Below, one piece after another: positions 19,770 to 28,936 of a DNA stretch of 64,000 nt (position 1 is the first letter of the stretch; every line of letters begins with the position of its first letter). The stretch spans positions 42,573 to 106,572 of the forward strand of contig JBBSML010000005.1 of assembly GCA_038233215.1 (NCBI GenBank), written 5' to 3'. Under the pieces are notes generated by a model. That model saw only the letters and a program-made list of their open reading frames with translations, searched no databases and was not told the origin of the DNA. A program made the position numbers and the translations under genes. This DNA comes from Candidatus Limnocylindria bacterium (GTDB lineage: Bacteria; Chloroflexota; Limnocylindria; QHBO01).

Positions 19770-20369
19770 TCAGCGACGGAGCGTGCGGCCGACGAGCGAG
19801 ATGACCGAACGCGTCACGAGGTCAGGGTCGAATCGGTCACCCGTCTCCGCCTGGTGGGCGATGACCCCGTCCATCAGCATGGTGGTCGCCAGGCTGAGCT
19901 CCTCGATATCGACGTCCGCCTCGATCTCGCCGCGCGCGATCGCCTCACGCAGGAACATGGCGGCAAAGCCTCGGATCTGGTCACATCGGCGACGAAGCAG
20001 GTCACGAAGTGCGGGCTTGATATCGGCCTCGGCCCAGCCGGTGGTGATGATGGCGCCCCAGCGCTCCGCCTCGAGGCTCTCGACGAAATGTCCGACGGCT
20101 CGGCCGAGGCGCTCCCGCGGATCGGCGATCTGGCCCATCTGCACGGCCAGCTCATCGAGCTGTGCTTGCGACACGTATTCGCACATCGCGAGATACAGCT
20201 CTTCCTTGCTGGCGAAGTACCGATACAGGAGCCCGACGCTGACATCCGCCTCGGCGGCGATGGCAGGCATGGTGGTTCCGCGATACCCACCGGAGAGCAT
20301 GGCCCGATGCGCGCCGTCAAGCATGCGTTGTCGCATCTCGATGGCGTGGGCGGCGCTGGTTCGCGGCAT
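19770..20369 (-). CDS. TetR-family transcriptional regulator
   Basis: N-terminal HTH (TTMPAIAAEADVSVGLLYRYFASKEELY). Start at MPRTSAAH; the longer track ORF runs into the promoter region. Confidence 0.8.
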   Translation of the reverse strand: MPRTSAAHAIEMRQRMLDGAHRAMLSGGYRGTTMPAIAAEADVSVGLLYRYFASKEELYLAMCEYVSQAQLDELAVQMGQIADPRERLGRAVGHFVESLEAERWGAIITTGWAEADIKPALRDLLRRRCDQIRGFAAMFLREAIARGEIEADVDIEELSLATTMLMDGVIAHQAETGDRFDPDLVTRSVISLVGRTLRR

Positions 20370-20386
20370 TCGTCGGTCCCGGTACT

Positions 20387-20402
20387 CTGAATGAAAGTTC
20401 AG
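20387..20402. promoter_or_regulatory. Palindrome CTGAA-N6-TTCAG in the tetR/MMPL divergent intergenic region (candidate TetR operator)
   Basis: Seen in sequence, between the divergent starts at 20369 and 20472. Confidence 0.4.
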
Positions 20403-20471
20403 TTTACGGTTGACGAGGCAGATTCGCAAGTGTAGAGTCTCCGAAAACATGATGAATGGAGATTCAGTTCG

Positions 20472-22943
20472 ATGCGCACGCCGTTGATCGTGGCGGGCAT
20501 GCTGGCGGTTCTCGCCGGTTTCTGGCTCGCCCTCCGCGGCGGCCACGGCGACGGCGGCGCTGACGTCAATCCTCCTGACAGCCAGCCGACCGTCGCGCCG
20601 CAACCGGGTGGTGACGACCTGATCGCGCATAACGGCATCTTCGCCGCGCTCGGTCGGGGGACGTATCGGGCTCGCCGGTGGCTGCCATTCGCCGGCCTTG
20701 CCGTCGTCATCGGTCTCAATGCCTGGTCAGCGAGTGCTGGTGGGCGGCTGAGCCAGGGGGGCTGGCAGGTTCCCGGTTCGGAGGCCGCCCGCGCCGAGGC
20801 GCTGTTCGCGGATCGCTTCGGAGAGCAGGCAACGAGTCTCATCGTCATCTTCACGGATCCCAACGGTGCCGCCGATTCAGACGAGTTCCAGGTGACGGTC
20901 GCCGACAGCGTCGCTCCGCTCAAAGATGAGCCGATCGTCGGCGAGATCCTCACCTATGCCGGTGTCGGTGATCCATCCTTCCTGAGTCGCGATGGAACCA
21001 AGACGTTCGCCCTGGTCCGGCTGGACGAGGAGCTCGAGAAGGCGATCGATGATGCCGAGCATCTCGCGAGCCTGGTCGATGCGCCGGAGGGCGTCGAGAC
21101 GGTCGTGACCGGGACGCCGCTGGTCCAATACGAGTTCAACGAGGCGGTCGAGCGCGACCTTGTCCAGGCCGAGCTCATCAGCCTGCCGATCGCCATGCTC
21201 ATCCTGCTCGCCGTCTTCGGCACGCTGGTCGGCGCGCTGCTGCCGATCGCCATCGCAGCCATCGCATTACCGAGCTCCATGGCCGTGATCGGCCTGCTCG
21301 CAAACGTGACCGAGATGAGCATCTTCGTCACCAACGTGGCGACCATGATCGGCCTGGCGCTGTCGATCGACTACTCGCTCTTCACCGTCAGCCGATTTCG
21401 TGAGGAACTGCGTCACCGATCCGTGGCAGACGCGGTCGAGCGAACCATGGCGACGGTCGGCAAGGCGGTCGCGATCAGCGGCGTGGCGGTCGCCATCGGC
21501 CTGTCGAGCCTGATCGTTTTCGAATCGCCGGCCCTGCGCAGCATGGGGATCGGAGGCGTGGTCACCGTCCTGTCGACTCTCGCCTTCGGACTCACGGTGC
21601 TTCCGGCGCTGCTCGCCATGCTCGGGCCGCGAATCAACCGTCTCCGCGTCCCACTACCGCGCTCCCTCCGCCTGGCGGAAGATGATGCCGATGCCGCGGA
21701 CGCCCGACAGGGCCATGGAGTCTGGGGCCGGATCGCGGGTGCAGTCATGCGCAGGCCGTTCCTCATCGCTTCGCCCGTCCTCGTCGTGCTGATCCTGGCC
21801 GGGCTTCCCTTTTTCGGCATCCAGCTCTCGACTGGCGGCAATCTCGACGACCTGCCTCCATCCGACAGCGTGGCCGGCTTCCGCGTCCTCAGCGACGAGT
21901 TTCCCGGCGGTGATGCCGACCCGATCGAGGTCGCTGTCCAGGCCGGTGAGCCGTACCTCGTGGACGGCGGGCTTGACGCAACGTGGGTGTCCGAGCTCCA
22001 GTCCTACGTGGCGAACCTGAACGAGGTTGCCGGCGTGACCGAGGTCGCCAGCGTGCTCGATCCGCCTGCGGGCCTCGACGAAGCCGCGTACCTCCAGCTC
22101 ATCTCGCTGCCCGACGATCAGCGCCCTCCCGAGGCGGCCGGCATCGTCACCTGGATCGAGCAGTGGATCGCCGGTGACGTCGCACGCGTGAACGTCTTCA
22201 GCGAGGCGCTCGCGGACTCGTCCGAGGGGCGGGCCGTGGTCGCCGAGATCCGTGCCCTCCCGATGCCCGAGGGTGCCTCCGACACGGTCACCGGCGGCCT
22301 CTCGTCCCGATCGAATGACTTCATGGCCAGCTTCACGCGCTCGGTGCCGTTCGCGGTGGCGATCGTGGTCGGAGTGACCGGCGTCGTCCTCTTTCTCACG
22401 TTCGGATCGGTGTTCCTGCCGATCAAGGCCGTCCTGATGAGCATGCTCTCCATCACAGCGAGCTTCGGCGCGCTGGTCTGGATCTTCCAGGATGGGAACC
22501 TGTCGGGATTACTCGATTTCGACCCCTCCGGAACGATTGTCGCGTCGACGCCGATACTGATGTTCGCCATCCTGTTCGGCCTGTCGATGGACTACGAGGT
22601 CTTCCTGCTGTCGCGGATCCGGGAGCGCTACGTCGCCACCGGAGACAACACGCGTGCCGTGGCGGAGGGGATCGGGATCACCGGGGGCATCATCACCGGG
22701 GCGGCGCTGATCATGGTCGCGGTCTTCGGAGCGTTCGCGCTCTCATCGGTGGTGCTCATCAAGGCCCTCGGGTTCAGCATGGCGCTGGCGGTGCTGATCG
22801 ACGCCACGATCGTGCGCGGGATCCTGGTGCCGGCCTTCATGCGGGTCATGGGTGCGGTCAACTGGTGGGCGCCGCGATGGATCCAGCGTGGCGTTTCACG
22901 GCTCGGCCTCTACGAGGGCGCTCCGGATCCCGCCCACGCCTAG
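20472..22943 (+). CDS. MMPL-family (RND superfamily) membrane transporter
   Basis: 823 aa. Two 6-TM bundles with large extracytoplasmic loops. MMPL sequence pattern. Confidence 0.9.
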   Translation: MRTPLIVAGMLAVLAGFWLALRGGHGDGGADVNPPDSQPTVAPQPGGDDLIAHNGIFAALGRGTYRARRWLPFAGLAVVIGLNAWSASAGGRLSQGGWQVPGSEAARAEALFADRFGEQATSLIVIFTDPNGAADSDEFQVTVADSVAPLKDEPIVGEILTYAGVGDPSFLSRDGTKTFALVRLDEELEKAIDDAEHLASLVDAPEGVETVVTGTPLVQYEFNEAVERDLVQAELISLPIAMLILLAVFGTLVGALLPIAIAAIALPSSMAVIGLLANVTEMSIFVTNVATMIGLALSIDYSLFTVSRFREELRHRSVADAVERTMATVGKAVAISGVAVAIGLSSLIVFESPALRSMGIGGVVTVLSTLAFGLTVLPALLAMLGPRINRLRVPLPRSLRLAEDDADAADARQGHGVWGRIAGAVMRRPFLIASPVLVVLILAGLPFFGIQLSTGGNLDDLPPSDSVAGFRVLSDEFPGGDADPIEVAVQAGEPYLVDGGLDATWVSELQSYVANLNEVAGVTEVASVLDPPAGLDEAAYLQLISLPDDQRPPEAAGIVTWIEQWIAGDVARVNVFSEALADSSEGRAVVAEIRALPMPEGASDTVTGGLSSRSNDFMASFTRSVPFAVAIVVGVTGVVLFLTFGSVFLPIKAVLMSMLSITASFGALVWIFQDGNLSGLLDFDPSGTIVASTPILMFAILFGLSMDYEVFLLSRIRERYVATGDNTRAVAEGIGITGGIITGAALIMVAVFGAFALSSVVLIKALGFSMALAVLIDATIVRGILVPAFMRVMGAVNWWAPRWIQRGVSRLGLYEGAPDPAHA

Positions 22944-22983
22944 ATCGGGGCACTCTGGTACGCGACGTGCTGATAGGCCCGGT

Positions 22984-23370
22984 ATGCGACGACTGCTGCC
23001 GCTGCTGGCCCTCGTTCTCTTGGCCGCATGCGAGAACCCGGACTCCGCCGCCATCGGTTCGCCTGACGGCAGCCCCACCGGCAACCCTGTCGAGGTCTCC
23101 CTGACCGAGTTCGCGATCGAGATGGAGCTCTCGCCGATGGCCGGAATCACCACCTTCATCGTGACCAACGACGGCTCGACGGACCACAACTTCGCGCTGG
23201 TCGGCCAGGCAATCGACACGCGATTCGAGGAGGTCCTTGCACCCGGCGAGAAGCGGACGATCACCACGGCACTCGAGCCGGGCACCTACGACGTCTTCTG
23301 CCCGGTTGCAGATCATGAGTCGCAGGGCATGCAGCTCTCGATCCAGGTGATCGGCCCCGACGTGCCCTGA
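22984..23370 (+). CDS. Cupredoxin (plastocyanin/amicyanin-like) lipoprotein
   Basis: Lipobox LLAAC. Type-1 Cu ligands His (DHNF) and C-x4-H-x4-M (FCPVADHESQGM). Confidence 0.55.
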   Translation: MRRLLPLLALVLLAACENPDSAAIGSPDGSPTGNPVEVSLTEFAIEMELSPMAGITTFIVTNDGSTDHNFALVGQAIDTRFEEVLAPGEKRTITTALEPGTYDVFCPVADHESQGMQLSIQVIGPDVP

Positions 23371-23420
23371 GCGAGCGCTCGATTCCCACGCCTGCCCCAA
23401 TATCCGGCTACGCTCAACGG

Positions 23421-23687
23421 GTGCAACGCCACCGCCTCGACACGCTCACGAACCGATGGGTCGCGCGCCACGACGCGCGACGCTCCGATCACCGACCGCC
23501 GGCCGATCCAGCACGCGAGGCACTCGCTGCCGTCGCTTTTCCCCATGGTTCGATGGAGCCCGCTGCATACGTGAAAGCGCACGGATCCGACATGATCGGC
23601 TTCGCGTACGACGATGCCAGCTACGCCGATCCCGGCCTGGACGCATGGCTTGTCGAGGTGGGTCGACTGCTCCGGATGCGCCGATGA
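23421..23687 (+). CDS. Hypothetical protein (88 aa)
   Basis: Its stop overlaps the start of the next gene (ATGA). No recognisable domain. Confidence 0.3.
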   Translation: MQRHRLDTLTNRWVARHDARRSDHRPPADPAREALAAVAFPHGSMEPAAYVKAHGSDMIGFAYDDASYADPGLDAWLVEVGRLLRMRR

Positions 23688-24274
23688 CTCCGCCCGTCTG
23701 GGCGAACGAGCTGATCGCGATCGTTTGCGCCGATGCGGCGGTGGCGCCGCCTCGTCTTTCCTGGCGACGCCGCGCCGGCGTCCAATCGACCGGCGTCACG
23801 CGACGCCACGAGGGCATGATCGCGGTTCGGGCGGGAGGCGATGAGATCGACCAGCGCCTCACGCTTCTTCATGAGCTGGCCCATTGGCTGTCGCCGGCGT
23901 CTCGGCGGGGACGACGCGCACTCCACCACGGCCGCGCGTTCTACGAGATCGCCTTCGAGCTGTATCGACGTCACGGATTGACCGATGCTGATGCCCTTCG
24001 CCTCGAGTCCGCCCGATACCGGAGCTCACTGCGTCACGCGGTCGCGCTGGGAGTGCCAGGCGCCGCAGCCGCGCTCGCAGCGCATCGGTCAATCATCCGT
24101 GCGCGCCCGCGTCGTCGGTGGCGTGTCCTCGTGCCGGAACATGCCATCGAGCTGGAGCGCGACGGCCGGTGGAGTGTGTGCGTCACCTGTCGTCAGCGGG
24201 TGGTCGGGAGAAATCTGGCGCGCATCCGACGGGCCAGGCGGCCGGTGCGGCACGTGCTGATGGCCGCGTCTTGA
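23684..24274 (+). CDS. SprT-like zinc metallopeptidase domain protein
   Basis: LSW..R..STG ... TLLHELAHW motif pattern. C-terminal CVTC pair (possible Zn ribbon). Confidence 0.45.
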   Translation: MTPPVWANELIAIVCADAAVAPPRLSWRRRAGVQSTGVTRRHEGMIAVRAGGDEIDQRLTLLHELAHWLSPASRRGRRALHHGRAFYEIAFELYRRHGLTDADALRLESARYRSSLRHAVALGVPGAAAALAAHRSIIRARPRRRWRVLVPEHAIELERDGRWSVCVTCRQRVVGRNLARIRRARRPVRHVLMAAS

Positions 24275-24641
24275 GCATGGGCACTTCATGCTCGGCGACA
24301 AAGTGGCATGGGTGGCTGGCGCGGTGAAGCCTGGAGGTGGTGACCTGCCCCACGGGGCTAACGACGAAGGAGGCAGCACTCGATTGCGGTCTTCTCATCA
24401 CACGGGTCAAATCGCGACCGAGGTGCCAGTCCTGCCTCGCTCGATGGGCGTTAGCCCCGCCCTGCGGGTCGATGAATCGAGGGATGGACCGAACCGAAAC
24501 GAGAACGGCGGCTCGACGCACGTGTCAGGATCGCACCGCTCATGACGGTGCGCTTCCCACGCCGGTTGTGACGCGGTCGCGAGCGCGCGCGGCGGCCTCG
24601 CCTAAGGTCGACCACATCGACGAATGGCAGCTTCTCCCATC

Positions 24642-25544
24642 TCAGCGCACTGGAGCAGCCACGCGTTCGCGGGCAAGGGCGGCGGCTTCGCCGAGCAGCT
24701 TCACGGCATCGGTCGTGCGCGGGAAGATGTGGGCGATGAGGTGCTTCACATCGAGCGCGGCATATCCGGCAAGGCCATCGGCGATCTCGTCAACCGTCCC
24801 TCGCAGCGCGTGCTCCGGCGTATCGGCGTCAGCCCCTTCGAAGGCGACGAAGATGCCGACCGTGATTTCGAGCGAGGCGGGATCGCGTCCAGCGGCGTCG
24901 AGGGCCGTCCTCAGGTTGCCGAGCCGCTCCCTCAGCTCATCGGCCTGATCCGGATGGCCGTACCAGGCGGCGTTCCATTGGTCGGCGTGGCGGGCGACGA
25001 GCTGAAGCATGCGTGGCTGCTTGCCGGCGATCAGGATGGGGGGTCCGCCCTCCCGAACGGGGAGCGGCCGAAGCTCGGCGTCGGCCGCATGATGGTACTT
25101 GCCCGAATAGGTCACCTGACCGTTGCGCAGCAGGGGCACCACGACCTGCAGCCCTTCGTCGAACCGCGAGACGCGATGGTCGAAGGGATAGCCGAACGCG
25201 TCGAATTCCGGCTCGTGCCAGCCGCAGCCGAGGCCGAGAATGAGCCGACCGCCGCTCACCTCGTCCAGCTCGGCGGCCATCTTGGCGGTAAGGGCGGGGT
25301 TACGGAACGGGAGCGCGAGCACCAGCGGTCCAATCTCGACACGCGACGTCACGGCGGCGATCGCGGTGAGCACGGTCCAGCACTCGTGGATGCCGGTCGT
25401 CTCGCCTTCGTCGCGGAAGATGAGGTGGTCGGCACCCCACACCGAGTCGAGTCCATGCTCCTCGGCCGCCATGGCCAGCGCACGCAGATCCGCGAAGCCG
25501 GCCGTCTCATCGGCCCCGAGGGGCAGCATCAATCCGATCTTCAT
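24642..25544 (-). CDS. LLM-class F420-dependent oxidoreductase
   Basis: Luciferase-like TIM-barrel pattern. 300 aa. Confidence 0.8.
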   Translation of the reverse strand: MKIGLMLPLGADETAGFADLRALAMAAEEHGLDSVWGADHLIFRDEGETTGIHECWTVLTAIAAVTSRVEIGPLVLALPFRNPALTAKMAAELDEVSGGRLILGLGCGWHEPEFDAFGYPFDHRVSRFDEGLQVVVPLLRNGQVTYSGKYHHAADAELRPLPVREGGPPILIAGKQPRMLQLVARHADQWNAAWYGHPDQADELRERLGNLRTALDAAGRDPASLEITVGIFVAFEGADADTPEHALRGTVDEIADGLAGYAALDVKHLIAHIFPRTTDAVKLLGEAAALARERVAAPVR

Positions 25545-25595
25545 GGTGTCAATGCTAGCGGCCCGCGTGCCAACGTCTCATCTACCGTATCGGGG

Positions 25596-26717
25596 ATGAT
25601 CAAGCAGCTGCCTCTGGAGGGGATCAGGGTGATCGACGTCAGCCGCGTGCTGGCCGGACCATTCGCCACGATGCTCCTCGCGGACCTCGGCGCGGATGTC
25701 ATCAAGATCGAGCCCCCCGGCGGTGACGAGACGCGGAACTGGGGGCCGCCGTGGTGGGGTGACACGGTCGATCGCCGCTCCGCCTACTTTGCATCGGTCA
25801 ATCGCAACAAGCGTTCCGTCGTGCTTGACCTCCGGATCGAAGCGGACCGCGCCACGCTCGATCGGCTGCTCGTCACCGCCGATCTCCTCGTCCACAACTA
25901 CCGACCGGCTACCGCGGCCCGGCTTGGCCTGGAAACCGATGCGCTTCGCGCGCGACATCCGCGGCTGGTCGTCGCGTCGATCGGCGGCTTTCCCGGTGCC
26001 GATGCCGACCGCCCTGCCTACGACCTGCTGGCGCAGGCGGTGAGCGGCCTCATGTCGGTCACCGGCGTCCCGGATGGCCCGGCGACGAAGACGGGGGTCG
26101 CGCTGCTGGATCTCTTTGCCGGCCTGGAATGCGCGATCGGGGCGCTGGCCGCACTGGTCGGTCGGGGCCGGGTCGGGGCGGTCGAGGTCAGCCTCGTCGA
26201 GGCAGGCGTCACTTCGCTGATCAATGTGCTCGGCAACCACCTGGCGTCCGGGGCAGAGCCGACGCGCCACGGGAACGCGCACCCCAACATCGTTCCGTAC
26301 CAGGTCTTCGCAGCTTCTGATGCGGATCTCGTCATCGCTGTCGGCAACGACGCGCAGTTCGGTCGCTTGCTGGATGTCCTCCATCTCACCGATGACGGGC
26401 GCTACGCCGACAACTCGCTGCGCCTGGCACACCGCGCCGAGGTCGTCGCCTGGCTGGCCGGTGCGGTCGGGCTTCGAGACCGGGATGAGCTGATCGCAGC
26501 ACTCGAAGCGGCCGATGTCCCGGCGGGCCCGGTCAACCGGGTCAGCGAGGCGCTCGCGAGCATGGAGGTCGCTCACGAGAACGCCTGGACCCAGACCCTC
26601 GATGGCGTCCGCATGGCCCCGAGCCCGATCCGCGTCGACGGCGCTCGGCTTCTGGCGCGGTTGCCGCCGCCGCGGCTCGGCGAGCACACCGAGGTGGTGC
26701 TCGCGGACCTCGACTAG
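25596..26717 (+). CDS. CoA-transferase family III (CaiB/BaiF) protein
   Basis: N-terminal GIRVIDVSRVLAGPFATMLLADLGADVIKIEPP. The upstream in-frame extension is antisense to the LLM gene and rejected. Confidence 0.85.
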   Translation: MIKQLPLEGIRVIDVSRVLAGPFATMLLADLGADVIKIEPPGGDETRNWGPPWWGDTVDRRSAYFASVNRNKRSVVLDLRIEADRATLDRLLVTADLLVHNYRPATAARLGLETDALRARHPRLVVASIGGFPGADADRPAYDLLAQAVSGLMSVTGVPDGPATKTGVALLDLFAGLECAIGALAALVGRGRVGAVEVSLVEAGVTSLINVLGNHLASGAEPTRHGNAHPNIVPYQVFAASDADLVIAVGNDAQFGRLLDVLHLTDDGRYADNSLRLAHRAEVVAWLAGAVGLRDRDELIAALEAADVPAGPVNRVSEALASMEVAHENAWTQTLDGVRMAPSPIRVDGARLLARLPPPRLGEHTEVVLADLD

Positions 26718-26800
26718 CCCAATCGTTCAACGCTGCAGGATCGGGCAGGCACGCCGCACCGACTCAGCCGAATTGGCTTGCCTGCCCGTGTGAGTGAGTG

Positions 26801-26884
26801 CTAGCCGCGTCGGCGGCCAAAGCCGAAATAGCCTAGCAAAGCGAGCACGACCAGCACGACGATGATGATCCAGAGAAGATCCAT
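26801..26884 (-). CDS. 27-aa hydrophobic membrane peptide (MDLLWIIIVVLVVLALLGYFGFGRRRG)
   Basis: GGAAAGGAGGG Shine-Dalgarno 5 nt upstream of the ATG. Single TM plus a basic C-terminus. Too short for the ORF track. Confidence 0.4.
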   Translation of the reverse strand: MDLLWIIIVVLVVLALLGYFGFGRRRG

Positions 26885-27003
26885 CACAACCCTCCTTTCC
26901 GGCCGCCACTCTTGCATACCCCGGGCCGCAGGGTTCGGGATTTTCGGCGAGATCGCGACGCGGGCGATGCCCCCCAGCCGCGCCGGCAGGGGATACTGCG
27001 CGC

Positions 27004-27348
27004 ATGACGATTCGAATCGGCGCGGCCGCGGCGCTCCTCGCGGTGGCGTGCGTCCTCGCATACCTGGTTCTGCGCCCACCGGTCGAGGCCGCATCGGCGA
27101 CGGATCCTGGCGTGATTGTCCAGTGCGCGGCGGCGACAGGCGTTTCGGGCGACGAGTGCCTGGCGTGGGGAGACGAGGTGTTAGCGGAGGGTCCTCCCTC
27201 GCACACCTTTGAGATGGATGACCTGGCGCGACTGGTGATCGATCGCTCGACGTTCGGCCTGGGTCCCACCTGCGAGGTGAGCTACTTCATCAGCCGCGAC
27301 GCGCAGAACCGGGTGTGGCATGACGAGGTGACGTGCATGGAAGGGTGA
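27004..27348 (+). CDS. Hypothetical secreted Cys-containing protein (114 aa)
   Basis: Signal-peptide-like N-terminus. High GC3. The stop lies 3 nt before the tRNA 3' end. Confidence 0.35.
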   Translation: MTIRIGAAAALLAVACVLAYLVLRPPVEAASATDPGVIVQCAAATGVSGDECLAWGDEVLAEGPPSHTFEMDDLARLVIDRSTFGLGPTCEVSYFISRDAQNRVWHDEVTCMEG

Positions 27349-27350
27349 TG

Positions 27351-27426
27351 TGGAGCGGGAGACGGGGTTCGAACCCGCGACATGCAGCTTGGAAGGCTGC
27401 CGCTCTGCCAACTGAGCTACTCCCGC
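27351..27426 (-). tRNA. tRNA-Gly (anticodon UCC), CCA encoded
   Basis: Cloverleaf folded by eye: GCGGGAG acceptor; GCAGC/GCUGC anticodon stem with loop CUUCCAA; GGUUCGAACCC T-arm. Confidence 0.9.
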
Positions 27427-27682
27427 GCCGATTCGTGCTCAGATTGCGCGGTTTCCACACCTTCTGAGCCGATCGCCGTGACCACAGCGCTCGCACACAC
27501 TATCGAGGGCCTCGTGATCACGTCGACGGCTTCCATCCTACCCGCTCCGGACGTCGCGGCCAACGGCATCGCCATTGACGACGCCATTTGCCAGCTACCG
27601 GCGCAACCTGCGCGCCGAGAACAAGTCGCCCAACACCATCCACACCTACCTGGCCGCGCTGAACGCCTTCAACGCCGGGCGC

Positions 27683-28753
27683 TCAGCGAGGAGACCGAAG
27701 GCATGTGATGGCTGCGGGCCCTGCGGCGATATCCACCACGTGGACGGTGATGGCTTGGACGACGTTGTTTCCGTAGCCGCCCTCGTTCCAGACTGGCGCC
27801 ACTGGCTGCGGGTGGCCGGAGCCATCGGTCGCACGCACCGCGATCCGGTGGCTCCCCGCGAACGGGGGAGTCCAGACACATATCCATGTCGCCGGACCGG
27901 TGCCATCGACCGGATCGCCGATGCTCGCCTGCATCCGGTCGCCACCCGCCTTCACTTCCACGCTCGTGATTGGCCCGCGGCCGGACCACGCGATGCCGCG
28001 CAGGGCAATCGGTGCCATCGGCAGGCGAGTGCCATCCCCGGGGAACGTGATCAGCGAGCGCACCCTGACGGCGCCGACGGGCTCGCCGTCGGCCACCCCT
28101 CGCTCGCCTCGATAGCGATACTTCCGGGGAAAGTGACCGATGAACGGCTGCTCAACGGCCGTGATCCTCGTCAGCCACTTCACCGAGCGCATGCCGTACT
28201 GGCCGGGCACGATGAGCCGCAGCGGGAACCCATGCTCGGCGGAGAGGGGCTCGTCGCCCATTGCCCAGGCCAGGATCGGCCCATCATCGACGGCAAGGTC
28301 TCGATCCAGGTTGAACTCGTAGGCGATGTTGCCCTCCGGCTCCACGGTGCCACGGTCCGCGCCGGTGAAAACGAGCTCAACCGCACTGTCCCGCAGGCCG
28401 CTCGCCGCGAGCAGGTCGGTCAGGCGCACGCCGCGGAAGCGGGCCGTGCCGACCGCACCAAGCCCCCACGGCGTGCCGGGAGGAGCCGGCATCATCAATG
28501 TGCGTCCGTTGCCGGCGCACTCCAGCGTGACCGTGCGGTCGACCGACGGAAGGGCCTGCAGGTCGTCGAGCGACCAGGCACGCGGACCGTCGAAGGCGCC
28601 GGCGACCTCGAGACGCCAGGTGGCTGCGTCGAGCCGTGGAACCGGGAAGTTGCACCGGACATAGAAGCGGTCGTTCGGCACCGTGCCGCCGTCGAGGTCG
28701 GAGATCGACGCCTCGGCGTTCGGCGGATCGTCGGTCAGGCGGATCGGGCGCAT
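27683..28753 (-). CDS. Sulfite oxidase-family molybdopterin oxidoreductase (no signal peptide)
   Basis: Mo-ligand Cys in LECAGNGR. Oxidored_molyb plus Mo-co dimerisation pattern. Confidence 0.8.
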   Translation of the reverse strand: MRPIRLTDDPPNAEASISDLDGGTVPNDRFYVRCNFPVPRLDAATWRLEVAGAFDGPRAWSLDDLQALPSVDRTVTLECAGNGRTLMMPAPPGTPWGLGAVGTARFRGVRLTDLLAASGLRDSAVELVFTGADRGTVEPEGNIAYEFNLDRDLAVDDGPILAWAMGDEPLSAEHGFPLRLIVPGQYGMRSVKWLTRITAVEQPFIGHFPRKYRYRGERGVADGEPVGAVRVRSLITFPGDGTRLPMAPIALRGIAWSGRGPITSVEVKAGGDRMQASIGDPVDGTGPATWICVWTPPFAGSHRIAVRATDGSGHPQPVAPVWNEGGYGNNVVQAITVHVVDIAAGPAAITCLRSPR

Positions 28754-28936
28754 CGGCTCCGAGGATACGCATTCCGGCCATCGAAGATCGGGACCATCGC
28801 TTGCACGGAGACCGCCGCTGTGCGCATCGCGGCGTCCATTCGCTGAGTCACCGAGCGTGTCGGTGCATGACAGCGGATATCTGGGCGCTTCACGCTCAGG
28901 GGTGCAGGAGGGGAAGCACAGCGCTCAGGTCCGGAG

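Noticed and set aside
18276-20390. 704-aa plus-strand ORF
   Set aside because: It is antisense to the MFS and TetR genes. The translation is dominated by R/G/D/E/A repeats.
24288-24545. tmRNA / RNase P / SRP RNA in the 24275-24641 gap
   Set aside because: The GGGGCU...ACGACGAAG stretch superficially resembles a tmRNA 5' end, but no T-arm/CCA 3' end, tag-ORF terminator or RNase P / SRP conserved boxes were found. It is left as an unexplained gap rather than an RNA gene call.
24624-25595. Upstream extension of the CoA-transferase ORF
   Set aside because: It is antisense to the LLM oxidoreductase. The conserved CoA-transferase N-terminus starts at ATG 25596.
25578-26687. 369-aa minus-strand ORF
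   Set aside because: It is antisense to the CoA-transferase gene.
27575-28846. 423-aa plus-strand ORF
   Set aside because: It is antisense to the sulfite-oxidase-family gene, which has the diagnostic CAGN Mo-ligand motif. The translation is Arg/Gly-rich.
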